A stretch of 64,000 nucleotides of DNA. Source: an uncultured Planctomycetia bacterium (lineage in GTDB: Bacteria > Planctomycetota > MHYJ01 > WSZJ01 > CAZYRM01). The notes under the pieces are model-generated. The model was not told where the DNA came from. It did no database searches and saw nothing but the letters and a program-made list of their open reading frames with translations. The stretch is taken from NCBI GenBank assembly GCA_964649705.1, contig CAZYRM010000015.1:1119-65118 (forward strand). The letters run 5' to 3'. Below are positions 1 through 7,195 of this stretch, piece by piece. The first letter of the stretch is position 1; every line of letters starts with the position of its first letter. The translations under genes and the position numbers were made by a program.

Positions 1-380
1 TGCTTCTCGAGGACGCGCGCGACCACCAGGCCCACCTCGGTCAGGCGGAACGGCTTGAGGAGGAAGTCGGAAGCGCCGATCCGCATCGCCTCGACCGCGG
101 TTTCGATGCTCCCGTGGGCGGTCATGATGACCACCGCGGTCCGCGGATGGTCCTTCACGACCTTCTTGAGGAGCGTCATCCCGCCCATCCCGGGCATCCT
201 GAGGTCGGAGAGGACCAGATGGACCGGCGACTTCTCCAGCGCGGCGAGGGCCAGCTCGCCGCTCGGGAACGCCTGGACCTCGTGCCCCTCGGCGGAGAGG
301 ACCTCGACGAGCTGCTCGCAGGTCATCGCCTCGTCGTCGACGACGAGGATGCGGCCGGTGCGGCCGGCGGCGTCAGACAT
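1..380 (-). CDS. Response regulator receiver protein (NtrC-like), runs off the window edge
   Basis: Manual translation from ATG at 380: MSDAAGRTGRILVVDDE...LVLSDLRMPGMGG...IMTAHG...FLLKPF. The start overlaps the stop of the upstream kinase by 8 nt. Confidence 0.9.
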   Translation of the reverse strand, partial: MSDAAGRTGRILVVDDEAMTCEQLVEVLSAEGHEVQAFPSGELALAALEKSPVHLVLSDLRMPGMGGMTLLKKVVKDHPRTAVVIMTAHGSIETAVEAMRIGASDFLLKPFRLTEVGLVVARVLEK

Positions 381-1527
381 TCGCGGTCCCTCCCGACAAG
401 GGCCCGCCGCGAGGCAGGCGGATCACGAAGCGGGCCCCGCCCCCCGGGGGGCTCTGGGCCTCGATCGCGCCGCCGTGGGCGCGGGCGACGTTCCAGCAGA
501 TCGCCAGCCCGAGCCCGGTCCCCGAGGGCTTCGTGCTGAAGAGCGGGTCGAACACCCGCTGCAGGTTCTCCTTCGGGATCCCCGGGCCGGAGTCCTCGAC
601 CTCGAGGACGACGTCCCCCTTCTCCTCCCGGAACCAAAAGCGGATCGTCCCCCTTCCGTCCATCGCCTCGACGGCGTTCTGCACCAGGTTCGCGACGACG
701 CGGCCGAGCTCCGCCTCGTCGGCGCGGAGGCGGACCGTCGCGGACGGCGTCTCCACGGTCGCCTTCACCTCCGCGGGGAGGGACATCCGCCCCAGGCTCT
801 CGGAGACGAGATGGGCCAGGTCGACGTAGCGGACCTCGAGGGGGCGGCTCCGGACGTAGTCGAGCAGGCTCGCGATGACCCGCTGGGCCTGATCGACGTT
901 CCGACGGATCGTCTCCAGGTGCCTCGATGCGTCCTCGTGCCCCGTCACGGCGGGGATCTGCCTGAGGAGGTACACGGAGGTGCCGATGGCCCCGAGGGGG
1001 CTCTTCAGGTCGTGGTTGACGCTCGCGGCGAGCTGGCCGATGGTCGCGAGTCGCTCCATGCGGCGGATCTGCTCCTCCTGGGCCTCCTCATAGGAGCCCA
1101 CGAGGATCCCCAGCTCCAGGTCGAGCGCCTTCTGGACCGCCATCCTCAGGTCGATCGGCCCGCTCGCGACGGCCGTGGCGAGCTGCCTCCGGATGACGTC
1201 CATCGCGGCGATCACGAAGCTGGGCGCCAGGCCGATCCGGACGTGCATCCGGCCGATGCGCTTCCTCAGCGCCAGGTGGGCCTCGCCGAAGTCCGCCGAG
1301 AAGACCTCCTCGAGCCAGCGCGCGAGCGTCTGCTTGAGGCGGATCACCTGGGCCTCGTCGGCGATCAAGGACCGGAGCGGCGGGGAGGCGAGGATCCGCG
1401 CGTAGAAGTCGTCGACGACCGCGGGGAAGTGAGGGCGGACCGAGGCGGCGTGCCCGCGGAGGAGACGGAGGTCCTCGTCGGTGAACCCGACGTATCGCTT
1501 CATCTCCTCGAACCGGGACAAATCCAT
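373..1527 (-). CDS. Globin-coupled (protoglobin-domain) sensor histidine kinase
   Basis: MDLSRFEEMKRYVGFTDED...VVDDFYARIL...IGRMHVRIGL is a protoglobin pattern. H-box SVNHDLKSPL, N-box NLVQNA, DSGPGI and GTGLGL follow. Start moved from 1683 to ATG 1527. Confidence 0.88.
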   Translation of the reverse strand: MDLSRFEEMKRYVGFTDEDLRLLRGHAASVRPHFPAVVDDFYARILASPPLRSLIADEAQVIRLKQTLARWLEEVFSADFGEAHLALRKRIGRMHVRIGLAPSFVIAAMDVIRRQLATAVASGPIDLRMAVQKALDLELGILVGSYEEAQEEQIRRMERLATIGQLAASVNHDLKSPLGAIGTSVYLLRQIPAVTGHEDASRHLETIRRNVDQAQRVIASLLDYVRSRPLEVRYVDLAHLVSESLGRMSLPAEVKATVETPSATVRLRADEAELGRVVANLVQNAVEAMDGRGTIRFWFREEKGDVVLEVEDSGPGIPKENLQRVFDPLFSTKPSGTGLGLAICWNVARAHGGAIEAQSPPGGGARFVIRLPRGGPLSGGTANV

Positions 1528-1593
1528 GTTGAAACCCTGCGGCCGTTTGCGGCATGATACGCCGCTTTCTTCGCGAGTCAATCCTGCCCCGCC

Positions 1594-3075
1594 ATGACCC
1601 CCATGTGCGCCTCGATCCTCGTTGTCGAAGACCACGCTGACTACCAGCGCAACCTCCGTGAGATCCTCCAGTCGGAGGGGCACACGGTCCGCACGGCGTC
1701 GACCGTCCGCCAGGCGGAGCGCGAGTTCCGCGAGCAGCCGAGCGAGATGCTCCTCCTCGACCTGCGCCTCCCCGACGGCAACGGGCTCGACCTTCTCGAT
1801 CGGGTGCGGAGCGAACGGCCGGACCTTCCCGCCATCGTCCTGACGGGAAACGCGGACCTGGAGAGCGCCCTCAGGGCCATCCGCGCGGGGGCGCAGGCCT
1901 ACCTGCGCAAGGACGCCCCCGTCGAGGAGATCCTCGCCACGGTCGCGAACGTCGCGCGGACGAGCGAGCTGGAGCGGGAGAGGCGAGCGCTCACGGAGGC
2001 CCTCCGCGACTCCCAGGAGCAGCTCTCGCGGGTCCTCGAGTGCGCGCCCGACGCCATCCTCTCGATGGACCTCGAGGAGCGCCTGACGTTCGTCAACCGG
2101 GACGTCTCAGGGATCCCGCGCGAGCGGTTCATGCAGGAGGGGATGCCGCTCCTCGACTCGCTCCGGGCCGAGGGGAGCCGCGAGCGATGGCACCGCGCGG
2201 TGGACGAGGTCCGCAAGACGCTCCAGGGCGTCCCGAACGTCCAGATGGTCCACGTGAACCGCCGCACGATGAGGCGCTACGAGTACGTTGCGAATTTCGC
2301 GCCGATCCTCGACGCGCAGGGGCGCGTGTCGGGGGTCATGTGGATCCTCAGGGACGTCACGACGCAGCGCGAGCTGGAGCGGAAGCTCGACGACGCGGAG
2401 CGGCTCGTCGAGGAGAGGCGCCGCCTCGCGGCGATCGGCGAGGTGGTCAGCGGCGTCGCCCACGAGATCCAGAACCCGATCCAGAACGTCGTGATGGGGA
2501 TCGACCTCGTCCGCGCGAAGCTCGGCACGGAGAGCCCGGTGGAGCGCTACCTCGCGCAGATCGAGCGGGCGAGCGAGAGCGTGCGCCTCCTGGTGCGGGA
2601 CCTGCTCGACTACTCCCGCTCGAACCGGATGGACCTCGAGCACGTCGACCTGCGCACGATCGTCCAGGGGGCCATCGACGAGACCCGCGGCAAGGCGGAG
2701 CAGGCGGGCGTCTCGATCGCCTGGAATCCCGCGGGTCCCGCGCCGGCGATGATCGACCCCCCGCGGATGAGGCAGGTGCTCCTCAATCTCCTCATGAACG
2801 CGATCGAGGCGCTGCCGCGCGGCGGACGGGTCGAGCCGCGCGTGGCGGCCCTGCCTGACGGCGGAGCGGAGATCGCGGTGTGTGACGACGGCCCGGGGAT
2901 GCCCGCGGACGTCCTCGAGAAGGCCTTCCTCCCGTTCTTCACGACGAAGGCGAGGGGGACGGGCCTGGGACTCTCCATCGTGCACAAGATCGTGCAGGCG
3001 CACCACGGACGCGTGACGCTCACGTCGGAGCCCGGCAAGGGGACGCGGATCGCGATCACGCTCCCGCCGCCGTAG
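1594..3075 (+). CDS. Hybrid receiver-PAS-histidine kinase
   Basis: N-terminal ILVVEDH...LLDLRLPDG receiver; PAS (APDAILSMD...WILRDVT); VAHEIQNP, NLLMNA, DDGPGM, GTGLGL. Confidence 0.92.
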   Translation: MTPMCASILVVEDHADYQRNLREILQSEGHTVRTASTVRQAEREFREQPSEMLLLDLRLPDGNGLDLLDRVRSERPDLPAIVLTGNADLESALRAIRAGAQAYLRKDAPVEEILATVANVARTSELERERRALTEALRDSQEQLSRVLECAPDAILSMDLEERLTFVNRDVSGIPRERFMQEGMPLLDSLRAEGSRERWHRAVDEVRKTLQGVPNVQMVHVNRRTMRRYEYVANFAPILDAQGRVSGVMWILRDVTTQRELERKLDDAERLVEERRRLAAIGEVVSGVAHEIQNPIQNVVMGIDLVRAKLGTESPVERYLAQIERASESVRLLVRDLLDYSRSNRMDLEHVDLRTIVQGAIDETRGKAEQAGVSIAWNPAGPAPAMIDPPRMRQVLLNLLMNAIEALPRGGRVEPRVAALPDGGAEIAVCDDGPGMPADVLEKAFLPFFTTKARGTGLGLSIVHKIVQAHHGRVTLTSEPGKGTRIAITLPPP

Positions 3076-3106
3076 GGGCGGGCGGCACCGGGGCGCACGC
3101 GAAGTG

Positions 3107-3901
3107 CTACTTCGACCGCGAGCGCGTCAGGGCCTTCGCCCAGGCGGCGTCCTCGGGTGAGAGGGGAGGGACGGGCGGCTTGCTGTAGTCGAGCATCGCC
3201 CAGTAGACCCCGGACCTGTAGACGTTCTCCATGAGAGACTGCAAGTCCACGGCCAGATCGGGGTCCCCCTTCAGCAGGGGAACGGGGAAGCGCGGCAGGC
3301 GATCCCGGAGCTTGAGCGGATAGACGTCTGCGCGCGATCGCCGGCCGGCGCGGTGGATGGCCACCAGGTAGTCGTACGGGCGGTGGGGGCGAAGCGCCCT
3401 GGGCGGCACGGCCACGGTGTGCTCCCCGCCGCGAAGGAGGTCGATCTCGATCAGATGGACGTCCGAGGACAGCACCTCGCGCTGCCTCTGGACGTACTTC
3501 TCGTAGCCGTCCGATCCTGGTGACTCGTTCGTCGGGGAGAGGACCTCGATCACGGTCACCAACCGTCCCAGGGCGCCGCCGAGCCGGATCTCGACGTTCG
3601 CCTGTTCCAGCTCCAGTGGGAGCGCTTCCAGGCTCACCGCCGGGTCGATCGTCGCTCCGCCAGCCCTCTTCATCGGCCTTCGCGATTCACGATACACGAT
3701 GACGTCCGGCCCGATAGGTCTGTTCTCGGCGGCCTCGACGACAACTCGAAAGCTGTGCGTTGCCACGTAACGCGGCGCCGTTCTTGCCGAGATGTTCCAT
3801 GCGAGCAGGCTGATGAGGCCGTGATGCGCGCTCGGCCAGAAGACAGGATCCTCGAGCCAGGGGTCCATACCTGGAAACAGGTACCGCCTCTTTCTCGCCA
3901 T
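3107..3901 (-). CDS. DUF4058 family protein (PD-(D/E)xK/Uma2-like)
   Basis: FPGMDPWLE, IEVLSPTNE and HLIEIDLLRGG are typical of this family. Confidence 0.85.
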   Translation of the reverse strand: MARKRRYLFPGMDPWLEDPVFWPSAHHGLISLLAWNISARTAPRYVATHSFRVVVEAAENRPIGPDVIVYRESRRPMKRAGGATIDPAVSLEALPLELEQANVEIRLGGALGRLVTVIEVLSPTNESPGSDGYEKYVQRQREVLSSDVHLIEIDLLRGGEHTVAVPPRALRPHRPYDYLVAIHRAGRRSRADVYPLKLRDRLPRFPVPLLKGDPDLAVDLQSLMENVYRSGVYWAMLDYSKPPVPPLSPEDAAWAKALTRSRSK

Positions 3902-3945
3902 ACTACCGGATTCTACGCCCATGGCCGGACAGCCGCAAGTAGCCG

Positions 3946-3975
3946 CCCCCGCGGCTGACGGGGTGGCGCCCCGGC
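3946..3975. repeat. 30-bp direct repeat, copy 1
   Basis: CCCCCGCGGCTGACGGGGTGGCGCCCCGGC; 29/30 identical to 5150-5179. Confidence 0.9.
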
Positions 3976-3976
3976 G

Positions 3977-4903
3977 CTACCTCGGCATCGGGTGCTTCGC
4001 GAAGAACTCCCAGATCGCCTCGGAGGCGTTCCAGTCGCGGCAGACGGGGCCGAGCACCTTCTGGATCGCGGGGCCCGAGGGCCAGGTGTGGCCGCCCCCG
4101 GTGATCTTGTAGAAGACGACCTCGGCGCCGTCCTTGCCGGAGCCGTACGTCCATCGCTCCACGGTCGTGCCGTCGTCCTCGTCGGCGTCGGGGAGCTTCT
4201 CGATCGTGGGGTCGGCCTCGCAGCCGTCCTTCTCCGCCCACCATCGGGCGAGGTCCTCCGCGGAGAGGGACATCGCGCGGCCCGAGATCCGGTCCTTTCC
4301 GTCGTACCCGACGATCGGGTCCTCCGTGCCGTGGACGTACAGGACGGGCACCGCGCGAGCGGGCTTCCAGGCCTCGGCGGCGGGCTTGAGCATCGCGCCC
4401 GACACCGGGGCGATGGCGGCGATCCGGTCCGCGAGGTCGATCGCAAGGCGGTTGGAGAGGTACGCCCCGTTCGAGATCCCCGTGGCGTAGACGCGGCGTC
4501 CGTCGGCGAGGCCCGCCTCGACGAGCGCGTCGATCAGCGCGCGCACGAAGCCGACGTCGTCCGCGGCGAACCGATCGAGCAGCTTCGGCCGCTTCTCCCC
4601 GGAGCCCCAGTACCTCCACATGCGGTTCTCGCCGTCGGGGTAGGCGACGAGGAACCCCTCGCGGTCCGCGATGGGGGAGAAGCCGGTGAGCTGCTCCGTC
4701 TGCTTCCCGTCGGAGCCGAGGCCGTGGAACACGAGGACGAGGGGAAGCGGCGTGCCCTTCTTGAACGACTTCGGGAGGTGGAGGCGAAAGGTCCGGGGGC
4801 GATCGCCATGTCGAAGCTCGAGGTCGTAGGACCCGGGGCGGTCGATATCGGGAATGCCCTCCGCGTGGAGGGCCAGGGCGACGGCGAGGAACAGAAATCT
4901 CAT
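3977..4903 (-). CDS. Secreted PHB-depolymerase/LpqC-like esterase (alpha/beta hydrolase)
   Basis: Signal peptide; PLVLVFHG, VAYPDG, DDVGFVRAL, nucleophile elbow GISNG, HGTEDP, GGGHTWP. Confidence 0.9.
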   Translation of the reverse strand: MRFLFLAVALALHAEGIPDIDRPGSYDLELRHGDRPRTFRLHLPKSFKKGTPLPLVLVFHGLGSDGKQTEQLTGFSPIADREGFLVAYPDGENRMWRYWGSGEKRPKLLDRFAADDVGFVRALIDALVEAGLADGRRVYATGISNGAYLSNRLAIDLADRIAAIAPVSGAMLKPAAEAWKPARAVPVLYVHGTEDPIVGYDGKDRISGRAMSLSAEDLARWWAEKDGCEADPTIEKLPDADEDDGTTVERWTYGSGKDGAEVVFYKITGGGHTWPSGPAIQKVLGPVCRDWNASEAIWEFFAKHPMPR

Positions 4904-5028
4904 TTCTCAACTCGCATTGATCAACAGAGGCTCAAGAGGCAAACCCCAAGGGCTGTTCCAGCGATGCGGGAGGCTACGGTTGAGGGATTTGAACTCTGTT
5001 GAGAAATGCACATTGCGAAATGAGAATT
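4895..5028. repeat. Degenerate long palindrome of heptamer type
   Basis: Arm 4895-4935 (aaatctcatttctcaactcgcattgatcaacagaggctcaa) pairs imperfectly with arm 4989-5028 (ttgaactctgttgagaaatgcacattgcgaaatgagaatt). Confidence 0.75.
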
Positions 5029-5149
5029 CCCGCGGATCCTGGTCGAAGCGCCGCCGAATCGACGACCGCATGAAGAATCCCGCCCGACACGGGCGGGGAG
5101 CCCAATTCCCTCTCTCCGGGCTCGTCCATGCGCGAGGGGGCGCGCTCTA

Positions 5150-5179
5150 CCCCCGCGGCTGACCGGGTGGCGCCCCGGC
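5150..5179. repeat. 30-bp direct repeat, copy 2
   Basis: CCCCCGCGGCTGACCGGGTGGCGCCCCGGC. Confidence 0.9.
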
Positions 5180-5241
5180 CCTTCCGCTCCGTCCCCCTCT
5201 TTACCCTTTCGCCGAATCCACCGGACCCACTCGCCGCCGGC

Positions 5242-5514
5242 CTAGCGGCAGCCCCCATGGACAGGCCACGAGTGCGTGTAGTAGTGGGTATCCAGGTAGA
5301 CCCGACGGTAATCGCCCGTGGGCCACGGGTCCACGCACCAACCGTACCCCGTGTGGGAGTGCGTGTGGCTCTCCCACCAGGTGGCACAGTGGCCGTGGCC
5401 GTGACAACTGCCGTGACCGTGACAGGAGCCGCAGGCCAACGCCTCCGGAGAGGCGTACAGGCTCACGCCAATGGCCATGACAGCGCCCACGAGAAGATTG
5501 CAGAGAGACCGCAT
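5242..5514 (-). CDS. Small secreted His/Cys/Trp-rich peptide (90 aa)
   Basis: AAAGGAG RBS upstream of ATG 5514; signal-like MRSLCNLLVGAVMAIGVSLYASPEALA, then CGSCHGHGSCHGHGHC... Confidence 0.75.
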   Translation of the reverse strand: MRSLCNLLVGAVMAIGVSLYASPEALACGSCHGHGSCHGHGHCATWWESHTHSHTGYGWCVDPWPTGDYRRVYLDTHYYTHSWPVHGGCR

Positions 5515-5616
5515 GGAAATCTCCTTTCGGATGACCGCGGCCGTCTCTCCAACAGCGCCTCGACCGGAATCCGAGGGTCCATTGATATGACAGCAGTTCG
5601 GGGCGGGTCCATGCGC

Positions 5617-5704
5617 GTTCCCCTTCCCCTTCCCGTTCCCCTTCCCTTTCCCAGCGCGTGAGAAGCGCTGGGAAGGGGAACGGGAAAGGGAACGGGAAGG
5701 GGAG
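5617..5704. repeat. Palindrome of tandem TTCCCN / NGGGAA hexamers
   Basis: Six TTCCCN units + GCGC, a short loop, then GCGC + six complementary units. Confidence 0.9.
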
Positions 5705-5714
5705 GGCGAGGGAC

Positions 5715-6398
5715 TCACACCCCCAGCCGTCCGAGAAGGCCCAGGAACCGGATCGTGTCCCGGATCGGGCGGATCTTACTCTTCTCCGTGCCGTAGACGG
5801 TGGAGACCTCCGCCTCGCGGATGCGGAAGCCGCGGCGGGCCGCGCGGACGAGGATCTCGCTCTCCAGGTCGAACCCCTCCGTCGTCACGGAAACGTCGCG
5901 GAGCACCCGCGCGCGAAAGAGGCGAAAGCCGGACTGCGTGTCGCCGATCCGACACCCCGCAGCCAGCGAGAGGACGGCCGACATCGTCCGGTTCGTCCAA
6001 CGGCGCACGAACGGCATCTCGCGCGGGTCCAGCCGCCGCGTCCCGACGACCACGTCCGCTCCCGTCCGCTCGGCGCACGCGATCAGCCGCGGGACCTCCT
6101 CCGGGAGGTGCTGTCCATCCGCGTCGAGCGTCAGGACCGGGTCGGCGCCGTTCGCAAGCGCCCAGGCGAACCCCGTCCTGAGCGCCCCGCCCTTGCCGCG
6201 GTTCCGCTCGTGGACGATGACGCGGGCGCCGGCCCCGCGCGCCTCGGCCGCCGTGCCGTCCGGGGAGCCGTCGTCGACGACGAGGACCTCCGATACCACG
6301 GCGCGCAGCCGTCCGACGACCTCGCCGACGCGTCCCTCCTCGCGGAAGGCCGGAACGATGGCAACCGCGTGCAAGCCGGCCTTGCCAGCGCCGTTCAC
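5715..6398 (-). CDS. Glycosyltransferase family 2 (polyprenol-phosphate sugar synthase-like)
   Basis: VPAFRE, VVDDGSPDGT, NRGKGGA, DADGQH, DTQSGFR. Confidence 0.93.
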   Translation of the reverse strand: MNGAGKAGLHAVAIVPAFREEGRVGEVVGRLRAVVSEVLVVDDGSPDGTAAEARGAGARVIVHERNRGKGGALRTGFAWALANGADPVLTLDADGQHLPEEVPRLIACAERTGADVVVGTRRLDPREMPFVRRWTNRTMSAVLSLAAGCRIGDTQSGFRLFRARVLRDVSVTTEGFDLESEILVRAARRGFRIREAEVSTVYGTEKSKIRPIRDTIRFLGLLGRLGV

Positions 6399-7045
6399 AG
6401 CAGGGTCCCGGGTCGGCGCGGGTACCCCTTGTAGGAGAAGTTCAGGTTGAAGAGGGCGACGACGGCCTCAAGCACCGCTCCCGCCACGCCGCGCGCCCAG
6501 GGCGGCACGCCGGCCTCCTCCTGGGACGGAAGCTCCTGCGGACAATCCACGACGCCCCACTCGGGCCGCCCGGGGTAGACGAGCCGCCCGTTCGAAGGGC
6601 CGCCCACGACGACCCGCGCGTGGACCTCGGTCGCGGCGAACCCGGGGCCGATCCCGACGATCATCGGGGCGTCGAGCGGGTCGGGCCGCGTCTCGTGAGG
6701 GACGCCGGCCGCGTCGACGAGGACGATGGGCAGGAACCTCTCCTTCACGTCCGCCGCGGGGTCGGCGAAGACGGGCACCATCCCGTCTCCCCAGATGTTC
6801 ACGAACTCGAAGTAGTATTCGGCCTTCTTCGCGCGGAGGCCCTCCACGTCGATCTCGCCTTGGAGGAGGGCGCCCGCGAACGTGGCCCGGGGGAACGGCG
6901 TGCGCGGCGTCGGGAGCTCGGTCAGGGCGACGCGCGGGATCCCTGCGCCGACGAGGCGGCGCGCGATCGCGGTCCCGGCGCGGCCCGCGCCGCGGACCAG
7001 GATCGAGAGGTCGGAGAGGATCTTGATGTCGGTGGGAGATGCCAT
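6395..7045 (-). CDS. YqeB/EF2563-like protein, internally shortened
   Basis: ILVRGAG..GTAIARRL, TELPTP, FAGALLQGEIDVEGLRA, IGPGF and the C-terminal VAGAVLEAV resemble YqeB. Confidence 0.6.
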   Translation of the reverse strand: MASPTDIKILSDLSILVRGAGRAGTAIARRLVGAGIPRVALTELPTPRTPFPRATFAGALLQGEIDVEGLRAKKAEYYFEFVNIWGDGMVPVFADPAADVKERFLPIVLVDAAGVPHETRPDPLDAPMIVGIGPGFAATEVHARVVVGGPSNGRLVYPGRPEWGVVDCPQELPSQEEAGVPPWARGVAGAVLEAVVALFNLNFSYKGYPRRPGTLL

Positions 7046-7060
7046 CGCGGATCCGTCAGC

Positions 7061-7192
7061 CCCATATCAAATATCTCATATCAGATATCTCATATCACAT
7101 ATGGCCCGGAGCCGTGCTGTTGGAGAGCCCAATGGCTCCGGTATCGGGTCATATGTGATATGAGATATCTGATATGAGATATTTGATATGGG
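7061..7192. repeat. Perfect 43-bp-arm palindrome built of ATATCNN heptamers
   Basis: 7061-7103 is the exact reverse complement of 7150-7192; inner hairpin CCGGAGCC/GGCTCCGG. Confidence 0.97.
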
Positions 7193-7195
7193 CGC

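Noticed and set aside
4936-4985. GGCAAACC resembling the start of a c-di-GMP-I riboswitch
   Set aside because: The downstream GACGCAAAGC-type element is absent, it is on the strand opposite the adjacent gene, and it lies in a palindrome loop.
5410-5433. Calling the His-rich peptide a cytochrome c on the CGSCH motif
   Set aside because: The motif could arise by chance in a Cys/His-rich repeat and no cytochrome fold context exists; kept only as one hypothesis.
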